Assembly (NCBI GenBank): GCA_023142995.1
Contig: JAGLIM010000024.1
Location: 6,071-70,070, forward strand
DNA from: Minisyncoccota bacterium
GTDB taxonomy: Bacteria > Patescibacteriota > Minisyncoccia > JAHIHE01 > JAGLIN01
Direction of reading: 5' to 3'
DNA length: 64,000 bases
Position numbers and translations under genes: made by a program. Shown piece after piece: positions 27,798-37,677 of this stretch. The notes under the pieces are model-generated. The model ran no database searches, was not told where the DNA came from, and saw only the letters and a program-made list of their open reading frames with translations. The stretch's first letter is position 1; each line of letters starts with the position of its first letter.

Positions 27798-28036
27798 ATA
27801 GTAGTTATTAAAAAATAAATTGTATCTTTTCCATTATTTGTGCTATAATAATGGAAATTATGCGTTTAATGTGTAAAGAGATCAAGCTTTTAAATGTGTA
27901 AGTTTTAAAATAAAAATATTATGAGAGATAAAAATAAAGATAATTGTGAAATATTCTGTAGAGATAGTAAGGACTGTTTTTTATTTTTACAGAAAATATC
28001 CCATTCTTGGGATTTTTTGATTTTTAATCATAGTGA

Positions 28037-28897
28037 ATGAGTACTAAACAGATTTTTGTAGTTATTAAGGATGAATTTATTTATGGTGGGCATCTTCTTT
28101 CTTTGGGGGCAGTTAGTATTGTTTTTACTTCGGCTATTTTGTTAAATATTTCGATTAATTGGGATTTTCTAATAGTAGTCTATTTGATCACTTATATAGT
28201 TTATTCATATAATAGGTTTAAAGAATATGAAGAAGATTTTCTGACAAATTATGACAGGACACAACATTTAACAAAATATATTAAATACGTTCCTTCTATT
28301 ATTTTTTGTTTAGTTTTAATTGTTATTGGGATACTTGCATATTTTGGAAATCAATTAGGCTTAATATCTGGTTTGCTATTACTTTTGTTTGGACTGTTCT
28401 ATAGTATGTGCTTTAAAAAAATAACTAAGAAAATAGTTGGTTTTAAAAACTTTTATGTTTCTTTCTTTTGGGCTTTTTTAGTGATATTTTTAGTTTTTTA
28501 CTATTCTTCGCCGTTCGATTTTTCAGTTTTATTGCTTTTTATTTTTGTCTTTTTAAGATGGTTGATAAATACTACTTTTTTTGATATTAAGGATATTGAA
28601 TCTGACAAGAAGTATAATTTAAATACAATTCCAGTTTTGTATAGTAAAAATAAAACTTTGAACTATTTACACATTGTTAATATTTTCTCTCTTGCTTTAA
28701 TTATAATAGTGGTCTATAAAAATATTTTTTCTGTATCTTTCTTATTGCTATCATTTTTTTATTTTTATAGTTTTTACTATATTCAAAAAACTAAAAGTGG
28801 AAGTGTGAATATAAATAAGTTGTCTTATATAATGGTGGATGGAGAATACTTACTTTGGCCTATAGTCTTAATTTTAGGTAAATTTATTTGTTTATGA
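28037..28897 (+). CDS. UbiA-family prenyltransferase
   Basis: 8-9 TM helices. Asp-rich FFDIKDIESD motif. Confidence 0.6.
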   Translation: MSTKQIFVVIKDEFIYGGHLLSLGAVSIVFTSAILLNISINWDFLIVVYLITYIVYSYNRFKEYEEDFLTNYDRTQHLTKYIKYVPSIIFCLVLIVIGILAYFGNQLGLISGLLLLLFGLFYSMCFKKITKKIVGFKNFYVSFFWAFLVIFLVFYYSSPFDFSVLLLFIFVFLRWLINTTFFDIKDIESDKKYNLNTIPVLYSKNKTLNYLHIVNIFSLALIIIVVYKNIFSVSFLLLSFFYFYSFYYIQKTKSGSVNINKLSYIMVDGEYLLWPIVLILGKFICL

Positions 28898-31179
28898 TTG
28901 ATACATACTTAGTGGAAAAAATTATAGTTATTCTAATAAATCTTATTGGTTTTTGGCTGATGTTTTTAGTATATTCTGCAAATAAAAAAGAAAAATTAAA
29001 CCAATGGTTTGTTGCAATGACATTTTTTGTTATATTATGGATTAATTTTGCTTTTTTGGGGTATAGCACTAATGATGTTCAAAGTGCTTTGATCTTTTAT
29101 AGATTAAATTGGGGTTCAGTAGCGTTGTTTCTTGTCTGTTCATTTTATTTTTATTTTATTTATTTTTTAAAATTCAAGAATAAATATAAAATTTTAGAAT
29201 ATTCTGTTTTGTTTTTTGGAATATTTCTTTTTGTACTTTCTTTATTTACAGATTTCATCATAAAAAATGTGATTATAGAGTCTTGGGGAGCTGAAATAAT
29301 TTTTGGATATGGTAATATTTTGTTTAATACTTATTCTATCTTTATAGGAGTGGTGATCATTGTTTTTTTGATCAAAAAATATTTTAAATCTCATGAAAAA
29401 ATACAGAAGATAAGGACTAAATATTTTTTATTCGGAACATTTTTGTTTATTTTATCTAATATTATTTTTAATGTATTTCTTCCGTTAATATCTAATAGTG
29501 TTATTTATCAACATTTTGGTGATTATTCTGCTATCTTTCTTTTAGGTTTTACCGCTTATGCGATCGTTAAACACGAGCTAATGGGCATAAAAACTCTTGT
29601 TACCCAGATTTTGATAATTATTATTTCAGTAATTCTTTTTGTTGATGCGTTTTTTTTATCAAGTGATTTTGTGATGCAAATATTGAAATTTGGAGTTTTG
29701 ATAGCTTTTGTATATTTTAGTCGTGGGATGGTGGAGAGTGTTAGAAAAGAAAAAAAGGCGCGGAAAAAGTTAGAGGATAGTTATGATAAAATAGATCAAA
29801 GCATTAAATATGCTAAGGATACGAATGTGAAACTTAAAGAGAAAAATGAAGATCTTAAAGTATTGTTAACTATTAGTGATATAATAGCAAGAACCCTTGA
29901 TCCAAAAAAAATAGGACAAGACATTGTGGACAGTGTGCCTAAAAATCTTCATTATTTGAAGTATATAGCCAGTTTTATGGTTTTATATGATGCGAGAACC
30001 AAACGTACTTATGCTTATTTCATTACAGAATCAATAATTACAAAGAAAATAAGGAAATTAGTGGGAAAAACACTTGGAAAACGTTCGGGAGAAATTAGTG
30101 TTTGTTTGGGTTCGGATGATCTTATTGCTAAAACGATTGAGAAAGAAAAAATTCAGATCAGTAATAAGTTGGAAGATTTTATAGCTCCGTCAGTAAATGT
30201 AAATGTTTGCAGAATAATTCAAAAGCTAGCCAAGGCAAAATCGTATGTCTCTGTCCCTTTGTTCTCAAGCGGAAGAGTTATTGGAGCTATTATTTTTGTT
30301 AGCATAAAGTCAAAAAAAGAAATTACTCAAAGGGATAAAAAGATACTTTCTGGGTTTTCTTCTCACATTGGTTCTGCTATTGAAAATGCTGAGCTTTATA
30401 AAAAAACAAGCATACAAATGAAAGAAGTAAAAAGGTTAAATATGAGTTTAGAAAATGCGAACCAAAAGTTAAAAGAACTTTTGGAAGTGAAAAACGAATT
30501 TTTACATATTACATCTCATCAACTCAGAACACCTTTAACAGCGATAAGAGGAATGATCTCAATGTGGTATGATGGTGATTTTGATGATTTACCTAAAAAA
30601 GAAAAAAGAAGAATGGTGAAAAGAATTTTAACTAGTACTGAAAGATTGAATAATATTACTAATGATATGCTTGATTCGCTTGAGCTTGAAGGAGGATTTT
30701 TGAGGTTTCAGTTTAAAGCGTCTTCTATTAGCAATATCATAAGAGAAACAATAAATACCTTGAAACCTAATTTTGAAGAAAAGAAAATTTATATAAAAAT
30801 GAAGGTAGATCCAAAAATACCTGATGTTGAAGTAGAATCAAATTATATCAGACAGGTATTTATGAATATAATTGACAATGCCTGTAAATATACGAAAGAA
30901 GGAGGAGTTGATGTTAGTATTAAAAAGATCAAAAATAATTGTGTAGAAATTAAGGTTGTAGATTCAGGAATTGGTATCAGTGAAGATGATTATGAAAAAG
31001 TTTTCGAAAAATTCTCAAGAGGAGAAAATGCTATAAAAGAAAATGCGTCTGGTAGCGGACTTGGATTGTTTATTGCAAGGGAAATTATTAATGCGCATGG
31101 TGGTAAGATTGACTTTCAAAGTGACGGAATTGGACAGGGGACAACTGTTAGAGTATTATTAAAAATAAAACATAAATAA
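28888..31179 (+). CDS. sensor histidine kinase (multi-TM sensor, HisKA + HATPase)
   Basis: H-box HITSHQLRTPLTAIRG. N-box IIDNACKYT. G-boxes DSGIGI and GSGLGL. Confidence 0.85.
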   Translation: MFMIDTYLVEKIIVILINLIGFWLMFLVYSANKKEKLNQWFVAMTFFVILWINFAFLGYSTNDVQSALIFYRLNWGSVALFLVCSFYFYFIYFLKFKNKYKILEYSVLFFGIFLFVLSLFTDFIIKNVIIESWGAEIIFGYGNILFNTYSIFIGVVIIVFLIKKYFKSHEKIQKIRTKYFLFGTFLFILSNIIFNVFLPLISNSVIYQHFGDYSAIFLLGFTAYAIVKHELMGIKTLVTQILIIIISVILFVDAFFLSSDFVMQILKFGVLIAFVYFSRGMVESVRKEKKARKKLEDSYDKIDQSIKYAKDTNVKLKEKNEDLKVLLTISDIIARTLDPKKIGQDIVDSVPKNLHYLKYIASFMVLYDARTKRTYAYFITESIITKKIRKLVGKTLGKRSGEISVCLGSDDLIAKTIEKEKIQISNKLEDFIAPSVNVNVCRIIQKLAKAKSYVSVPLFSSGRVIGAIIFVSIKSKKEITQRDKKILSGFSSHIGSAIENAELYKKTSIQMKEVKRLNMSLENANQKLKELLEVKNEFLHITSHQLRTPLTAIRGMISMWYDGDFDDLPKKEKRRMVKRILTSTERLNNITNDMLDSLELEGGFLRFQFKASSISNIIRETINTLKPNFEEKKIYIKMKVDPKIPDVEVESNYIRQVFMNIIDNACKYTKEGGVDVSIKKIKNNCVEIKVVDSGIGISEDDYEKVFEKFSRGENAIKENASGSGLGLFIAREIINAHGGKIDFQSDGIGQGTTVRVLLKIKHK

Positions 31180-31206
31180 TTTATTTAATTAACCTAATTA
31201 TTCTAT

Positions 31207-32280
31207 ATGCAGATTGATGATCATCTCGGAGTTTTTAAAAAGCGAATTGACGGTGAAATCGAAGAATATTTTAAGATAAAGACCAATGAAATAAAAAGTA
31301 ATGGGAATCAGGAGAATATATTGTATATTACTGAAAATCTTAAGAAATTTATTTTAAGCGCAGGGAAAAGGATACGACCTATTCTTTTTTATTTTGGTTA
31401 TATTATTGCAGGAGGAGAGAAAAAATCAGATGCACTCAAAACATCGGTTGCAGTTGAATTAATACATTCATATTTATTAATTCACGATGATATAATTGAT
31501 CGTGATGATTTTAGGCATGAGAATCATTCAATGCATTATGTTTGTACAGAATATTTTCAGAAAAGATTTAGCAATGTTGATTCAAAACATTTAGGTACTT
31601 CTATGGCTATTCTTGTTGGAGATATTTCTTCAACTTATGGATATGAGGTATTAACGAATTCAGAATTTTCAGTTGATCTAAAAATGAAGGCGTTAGAAAG
31701 GATGAACAAAATTATTTCAAACACAATAATCGGTGAGTCTTTAGACGTTATGCTGGCTGAATGTACTAATGTAAAAGAAGAAAAAATTCTTGAAATGCAA
31801 AAGTATAAAACTGCAAAATATACGATAGAAGGCCCGCTTCATTTAGGTGCAATATTAGCTGGTGCGGATGAAACTTTTTTAAACGAAATTAGTGAATTTG
31901 CAATACCTATGGGAATTGCTTTTCAGATCAGAGATGATATTATTGGAGTTTTTGGAAATAGAGATAAAACTGGAAAGCCAGTTGGCTCAGATTTAAAAGA
32001 AGGTAAAAAGACTTTATTAATTGCAAAAGCGCTAGAGAATGCTAATGAGGATGATCGAAAGTTTTTAATGAGTGTTCTAGGAAATGAAAATATTGATTTT
32101 GAAGAAATTGAGAAAGCCAGAAAGATCATCATTGACACTGGATCGCTAAAATACTCAGAAGATAAAGCTGAAGAGCTGATATCTATCGTAAAGCAGAAAT
32201 TAGATCTATTGAACATTAGTAATGAAGAAAAAGGATTTTTAATAGGTTTATCTGATTATATAGTGAAAAGAGATCATTAA
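31207..32280 (+). CDS. polyprenyl diphosphate synthase (trans-IPPS)
   Basis: FARM LIHDDIIDRDDFR and SARM FQIRDDIIG. Confidence 0.85.
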   Translation: MQIDDHLGVFKKRIDGEIEEYFKIKTNEIKSNGNQENILYITENLKKFILSAGKRIRPILFYFGYIIAGGEKKSDALKTSVAVELIHSYLLIHDDIIDRDDFRHENHSMHYVCTEYFQKRFSNVDSKHLGTSMAILVGDISSTYGYEVLTNSEFSVDLKMKALERMNKIISNTIIGESLDVMLAECTNVKEEKILEMQKYKTAKYTIEGPLHLGAILAGADETFLNEISEFAIPMGIAFQIRDDIIGVFGNRDKTGKPVGSDLKEGKKTLLIAKALENANEDDRKFLMSVLGNENIDFEEIEKARKIIIDTGSLKYSEDKAEELISIVKQKLDLLNISNEEKGFLIGLSDYIVKRDH

Positions 32281-32416
32281 AAGAACTCTCTGGCAACAAA
32301 ATAGATAGAAATGTGGGCAAACTGTGGATAGTTTGTCGCTTTTTTTTTGCTCAAAAATCATTGCGATAACCTAAATAAGCCTAAAAGCGAAGATATCAAT
32401 ATTTGGTCTTAGTGGT

Positions 32417-32500
32417 TTGACTAATATATAAAGTGGAGTATAATGGAGATATGGAGCATCAAAGTGGATAAAAGTGGGGAAAAGTTTAAATAATTGTGGA
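32417..32500 (+). promoter_or_regulatory. mraZ promoter (TTGACT-16-TATAAT) with downstream GTGG(A/G) direct repeats (candidate MraZ boxes)
   Basis: TTGACT at 32417, TATAAT at 32439. GTGGA/GTGGG repeats at 32433, 32464, 32474 and 32496 with ~10/21-bp phasing. Confidence 0.45.
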
Positions 32501-32508
32501 CAATTAAT

Positions 32509-32940
32509 ATGTTTATTGGAGAATATAATCATAATCTTGATGAAAAAGGAAGATTAGCAGTTCCAGTTAAGTTCAGAGGTGAACTAAAAAAAGGAGCTGT
32601 AGTAACAAAAGGCCTTGATGGTTGTTTATTTTTTTACACAATTGATGAATGGAAAATCTTGGCAGAAAAATTAAGCAATCTTCCGATCAGCCAATCAAAC
32701 ACAAGGGCGTTTGCAAGATTAATGTTAGCAGGAGCAATGGATGTTCAGTTGGATAAACAAGGTAGAATAGTTCTTCCAGACTATCTTAGAAAATATGCAA
32801 AACTAACAAAGAAAATTGTCATTGGAGGTTTATATAATCGATTAGAAATTTGGGATGAAGAGACTTGGAAAAAATATAAGAGCAAAACAGAAAAAGAGAG
32901 TGGAGATATTGCCGAGAAGCTAGGAGAATTGGGAGTATAG
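32509..32940 (+). CDS. mraZ: transcriptional regulator MraZ
   Basis: MFIGEYNHNLDEKGRLAVP... Duplicated MraZ half-domains. Confidence 0.85.
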   Translation: MFIGEYNHNLDEKGRLAVPVKFRGELKKGAVVTKGLDGCLFFYTIDEWKILAEKLSNLPISQSNTRAFARLMLAGAMDVQLDKQGRIVLPDYLRKYAKLTKKIVIGGLYNRLEIWDEETWKKYKSKTEKESGDIAEKLGELGV

Positions 32941-33008
32941 AGAATAAAATTCTCAATTTACAATTCTCAATTTTCATTGAATTTTCAATTTTAAAATTTT
33001 AAAACAAA

Positions 33009-33971
33009 ATGAAAGATAGGACAATGTATTTTCATGAACCGGTTTTACTAGATGAAGTTATTAATGTTATAGATCCGAAACAGGGAGAAAATTTGATTGA
33101 TGGGACTTTGGGTGGAGGCGGGCATGCTGAAGCGATCTTGAAAAAGACCTCTCCAGGCGGAAAAATGCTTGGAATTGATTTGGACGATGAAGCATTGATC
33201 GAAAGTAAAAGAAGGCTAGAAAAATATGTTGATAGAGTAATTTTAGAAAAAGGAAATTTTGTTAATTTTTTAGAGTTTACGGAAAAACATAATTTTCATC
33301 CAATTAATATTTTCTTTCTTGATTTAGGAATTTCTTCACAACAGCTTGATAGTGATTCAATGGGATTATCTTTTCTAAAGAATAATTTACTTGATATGAG
33401 AATTGGAGGAGGCGGGTCTTATGATGATGAGAGAATAACAGCTGAACAGATAATAAATAATTGGAGCGCAGATGAGATAATAAAAATATTAAAAGATTAC
33501 GGAGAAGAGAGATATGCAAAGCTGATTGTCAGGACAATTATCTCAACAAGAGCAGAAAAGAAAATTGAAAATACAGAGCAATTAGTAGATATTATTTCAT
33601 CTTCAGTTCCAGAGAGATATAAAAATCAAAAAATACATTATGCAACAAAAACATTCCAAGCACTTCGAATTGCAGTTAATCAAGAATTAGAAAGTTTGCA
33701 AATCGTGCTTCCAAAAGCATTCGAACTGCTTCAAAGTGGCGGGAGGATTGGAATTATTTCATTTCATTCTCTTGAAGATAGAATTGTTAAAAGATTTTTT
33801 CAAAAAGAAGCTAAAGATTGTTTATGTGAGGTTGGAACTCCAACTTGTGTTTGTAATCATAAGAAAAGTTTGGAAATATTAACAAAAAAACCAATTACAG
33901 CAAGCTCAGAAGAGCTTCAAAAAAACCCAAGATCAAGAAGCGCGAAGTTAAGGGTAGCTAAAAAAATATAA
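33009..33971 (+). CDS. rsmH: 16S rRNA m4C1402 methyltransferase RsmH (MraW)
   Basis: DGTLGGGGHAEAIL and LGISSQQLD motifs. Confidence 0.9.
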   Translation: MKDRTMYFHEPVLLDEVINVIDPKQGENLIDGTLGGGGHAEAILKKTSPGGKMLGIDLDDEALIESKRRLEKYVDRVILEKGNFVNFLEFTEKHNFHPINIFFLDLGISSQQLDSDSMGLSFLKNNLLDMRIGGGGSYDDERITAEQIINNWSADEIIKILKDYGEERYAKLIVRTIISTRAEKKIENTEQLVDIISSSVPERYKNQKIHYATKTFQALRIAVNQELESLQIVLPKAFELLQSGGRIGIISFHSLEDRIVKRFFQKEAKDCLCEVGTPTCVCNHKKSLEILTKKPITASSEELQKNPRSRSAKLRVAKKI

Positions 33972-33984
33972 TTAAAATAAGGAT

Positions 33985-34356
33985 ATGTCTAAAGTTTATA
34001 CTGCTAAAAATTTCAATTTCAATAAGAATCGAATAAAGCGAAGAACTGTTTCACAAAAAATGAAAGAGAGTGAATTGCTGATCGGATTTGTTGTTGTTTG
34101 CGTGATATTAACATTGAGTATGTTCTATATCTATCAAATTAGTAGTATAGCCACAAATGGATATGAGATTGAAGAATACGAAAGAAAATTAGATGAATTA
34201 AAAAAAGATAATCAAAAGATAAATATAAAATTAGCGGACTTAAAATCAATAATAAATTTTGAAAATGAAAATGTAAATAAAGATTTAATTTCGATTGAAT
34301 ATGATAATATAAATCATATAACATCAAGCTCTAGCGTTGTTGCTTTGGAAAGATAG
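33985..34356 (+). CDS. ftsL: cell division protein FtsL-like (single TM + coiled coil)
   Basis: Position between rsmH and ftsI. TM helix followed by a coiled-coil segment. Confidence 0.5.
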   Translation: MSKVYTAKNFNFNKNRIKRRTVSQKMKESELLIGFVVVCVILTLSMFYIYQISSIATNGYEIEEYERKLDELKKDNQKINIKLADLKSIINFENENVNKDLISIEYDNINHITSSSSVVALER

Positions 34357-34390
34357 GTCTTGTAAGAAAAATAATTTCGATTATAACTAT

Positions 34391-36139
34391 ATGAAAAAGA
34401 GTTATTCAAGCTTGAATTGTAAAAATGTTTTTATAGTGCGTTTATATATTTTAATTGCTTTTGTAATATTGCTGTTTTTTTTGATTTTATTTAGGGTATT
34501 TCATATACAAGTTGTAAAAAATGATTTCTATAAAGCTCTAGCACAGAATCAGCATGAATTTTTTTCGAAAACAATGCCCAGAAGGGGAGAGATATTTATA
34601 AAAGATATATATTCAGATAGATTATATCCTTTAGCTGTTAATCAGGAATTAAATACGATTTATGTAGTTCCAAAATATATTCAAAATAAAAAAGATGTAG
34701 CAGATAAGCTTAGTGAATTGTTAGAATTAGATAGTGACGATATTTATAATAAAATTAATAAAAAAGATGATCCTTATGAAGCTATCAAAGATAAGCTTAG
34801 TGATGAATTTGTAGAGAAAATAAGAAGTGAGGAGATTGAAGGAGTCTATTTTATGCCAGAGATCATAAGATATTATCCAGGGGATACTCTTGCTTCAAAT
34901 GTAATAGGCTTTTTAGGATATAACGGAGAAAAAAGAGAAGGTCAATATGGAATTGAAGGTTACTATAATGAAAGACTTGAAGGTAAGATGGGATTTTTAG
35001 AAATTGAAAAAGATGCTTCTGGAAATTGGATATCGTTTGGCTTAAAAAGTTCTCAATCTCCGAAAGATGGAAGCAGTATAATTCTGACAATTGATCGAAC
35101 GATTCAATATCTGGCAGAGAAAAAGTTAAAAAATGCTATAGAATTATATGATGCTAGTAAAGGAGATATTATAGTTATGGATCCTAGAACTGGAGAGGTA
35201 ATAGCGCTTGCTCAATATCCAAATTATAATTCAAATGAATATTTCAAAGAGGAAGATATGAGTGTATTTTTAAACTCTGGTATTCATAATTTATATGAGC
35301 CTGGATCAGTCCAAAAGCCAATTACAATGGCGATCGGTATTGATTTAGGTAAAATTAGTCCAAATACAACTTATATTGATAAAGGATATTCGGAGGTTGA
35401 TGATTGGACTATAAAGAATTCAGACGGAAAGGCAAATGGAAAACAAACTATGACAGAAGTGTTAGAGAAATCATTGAACACTGGAACGATATTTGTTGCG
35501 CAAAATATTAAAAAAGATGATTTCTATGATTATTTAAGTAATTTCGGACTTGATCAACTGACAGGGATTGAAATTGCTGGAGAAGCCAGAGGTAATTTAT
35601 CGAATTTGAAAAACCGCAAAGATATTAGTTATGCGACTGCGTCATATGGTCAGGGAATTTCTGTTACTCCTCTTGCAATGATAAGCGCTATTTGTGTATT
35701 CGCAAATGACGGAAAACTTATGAAGCCGCATATTGTAAGTGAATTTATTAATGCAGATGATACAAGGGAAAAGAATAAGCCCATTTCATTAAGACAAGTG
35801 GTATCTCCCAGAACAGCAAATATTATTTCTGCAATGATGGTGAGTGTGATTGAAAATGGTCATGCAACTCAGGCAAAAGTTAAGGGTTATAATTTTGCTG
35901 GAAAGACTGGAACAGCTCAAATACCAAAAAAGGACGGTAGAGGATATGAAGAAGACAAAACTATTCATACATTTGTTGGATTTGGTCCGATGCCTAATCC
36001 AAAATTTGCAATTTTAGTTAAGTTAGATGAACCTAAAAATGCTCCTTTTGCTGCGAATACAACAGCAGTCGTGTTCAAAGAATTTGCAGAGATGCTTGTA
36101 AATTATTATAATATTCCTCCAACTAAAGATATAGAGTAA
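34391..36139 (+). CDS. ftsI: penicillin-binding protein transpeptidase (FtsI/PBP2 class)
   Basis: N-terminal TM, PBP dimerisation domain, SxxK (GSVQKP) and KTG (AGKTGTAQ) motifs. The ORF track starts at 34337. Confidence 0.85.
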   Translation: MKKSYSSLNCKNVFIVRLYILIAFVILLFFLILFRVFHIQVVKNDFYKALAQNQHEFFSKTMPRRGEIFIKDIYSDRLYPLAVNQELNTIYVVPKYIQNKKDVADKLSELLELDSDDIYNKINKKDDPYEAIKDKLSDEFVEKIRSEEIEGVYFMPEIIRYYPGDTLASNVIGFLGYNGEKREGQYGIEGYYNERLEGKMGFLEIEKDASGNWISFGLKSSQSPKDGSSIILTIDRTIQYLAEKKLKNAIELYDASKGDIIVMDPRTGEVIALAQYPNYNSNEYFKEEDMSVFLNSGIHNLYEPGSVQKPITMAIGIDLGKISPNTTYIDKGYSEVDDWTIKNSDGKANGKQTMTEVLEKSLNTGTIFVAQNIKKDDFYDYLSNFGLDQLTGIEIAGEARGNLSNLKNRKDISYATASYGQGISVTPLAMISAICVFANDGKLMKPHIVSEFINADDTREKNKPISLRQVVSPRTANIISAMMVSVIENGHATQAKVKGYNFAGKTGTAQIPKKDGRGYEEDKTIHTFVGFGPMPNPKFAILVKLDEPKNAPFAANTTAVVFKEFAEMLVNYYNIPPTKDIE

Positions 36140-36242
36140 ATATTATTGAAATAAAGCTTGTCTTGAGCTTATTGAATGACTCAGTATAAACTTCAGTGAC
36201 AAATGCATAAGTCCTATATTCATCAATAAAGAAATTAAGTAT

Positions 36243-37505
36243 ATGAGAAAAATCGTTATTAAAATTCTGAATTTACTTGCAAAAGAAACGTTGCATAAAT
36301 ATAATCCAATAGTTATTGGTATTACTGGCGGTGTTGGCAAAAGCAGTACAAAAAAGATCGTTCATGAAATATTAAAAGATAATTATAGTATTCATTGTGA
36401 TAGATCTAGATATAATGTAGACATTGGGATTCCTTTGACAATACTTGGATTAGAAAGTGGTGGGCATTCTGTTACCAAATGGATGAAGATTATATTTAAA
36501 GCAATAATGAAATTGATTAAAAAATCGGATTATCCCGATGTATTGATCTTGGAAATGGGAGTAAATCGTCCTGGAGATATGAAAAAGATGTTAAAAGTTG
36601 TTAAGCCTCATATTGCTATTATGACAACAATTGGAAAATATCCTTCTCATATTAAATATTTTAAAGATATAAAACATATTTTTAGAGAGAAATCGTTATT
36701 GATCAAGTCTTTGGGAAAAAAAGATCTGGCTATTTTAAATTGTGATGATGAATTTATAGATGATCTGAAAAAGAGTACTAGATCAAAAGTTATAACATAT
36801 GGTTTTGACCAGAAGGCATTAGTAAGAGGTGATGAAATATTACTTGGAGATAAAAAGTTTAAGATGGAAGATGGATCAATGGGAATGACTTTCAAAATCT
36901 CTCATAAAGGAACAACGGTTCCATTTCGTTTGATATATGCATTAGGCAAGGGTCAAATATATTCAACCTTGGCTGCTGTTTCTGTGGGAATCAATTTTGA
37001 TATGAATCTTGTCAAAATGTCTCAAGCTGTTTTAAAATATCGGCCATTGGCAGGGAGGATGAATTTAATAGGAGGAATAAATAATTCAATGATTATTGAT
37101 GATACATTCAATGCAAATCCAGGTTCTATGTTTTTTTCACTTGAAACCATTAGAAAGTTAAGTGCTTCTCAAAAAATCGCTGTGCTAGGAGATATGCTTG
37201 AATTGGGCGAATATTGCCAGAAAGGTCATCGGGAAGTTGGAAAGAAGGTTTTAGGATCGGTTGACATCCTGATCACTTTTGGTTCCAGAAGCAAATTAAT
37301 ATCACAAGAGGCTATTAAAATGGGAATGGACAGAGAAAAGATATTTCATTTTGAAGATATGGAAGATGTTGTTAAATTATTATCAAAAATAATAGAAAAT
37401 GATACCATTGTGTTGGTAAAAGGTTCAAGAGCAATGAATATGGAAAAGATTGTAAAAAAGCTTATGGCAGAGCCAAAACTATCAGACGAATTACTTGTAA
37501 AATAG
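36243..37505 (+). CDS. murF: UDP-N-acetylmuramoyl-tripeptide--D-alanyl-D-alanine ligase
   Basis: Mur ligase P-loop GITGGVGKSST. C-terminal IDDTFNANPGSM typical of MurF. Confidence 0.75.
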   Translation: MRKIVIKILNLLAKETLHKYNPIVIGITGGVGKSSTKKIVHEILKDNYSIHCDRSRYNVDIGIPLTILGLESGGHSVTKWMKIIFKAIMKLIKKSDYPDVLILEMGVNRPGDMKKMLKVVKPHIAIMTTIGKYPSHIKYFKDIKHIFREKSLLIKSLGKKDLAILNCDDEFIDDLKKSTRSKVITYGFDQKALVRGDEILLGDKKFKMEDGSMGMTFKISHKGTTVPFRLIYALGKGQIYSTLAAVSVGINFDMNLVKMSQAVLKYRPLAGRMNLIGGINNSMIIDDTFNANPGSMFFSLETIRKLSASQKIAVLGDMLELGEYCQKGHREVGKKVLGSVDILITFGSRSKLISQEAIKMGMDREKIFHFEDMEDVVKLLSKIIENDTIVLVKGSRAMNMEKIVKKLMAEPKLSDELLVK

Positions 37506-37602
37506 TTCCAGCTATGATAGATTATTGAAGTATCAAGTGACGAGTATTGAATATCAAGTATTTAATAGCGGTTGCTTAATACTAAATACTAAATACTGAT
37601 CT

Positions 37603-37677
37603 GCCGCCTTCGTCTAACGGTTAGGACATCAGGTTCTCATCCTGGCAATAGGGGTTCGATTCCCCTAGGTGGTACCA
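37603..37677 (+). tRNA. tRNA-Glu (anticodon CUC)
   Basis: GCCGCCT acceptor pairs with AGGTGGT. D-arm GTCTAACGGTTAGGAC. Anticodon stem TCAGG/CCTGG with loop TTCTCAT. T-arm AGGGGTTCGATTCCCCT. 3' ACCA. Confidence 0.85.
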
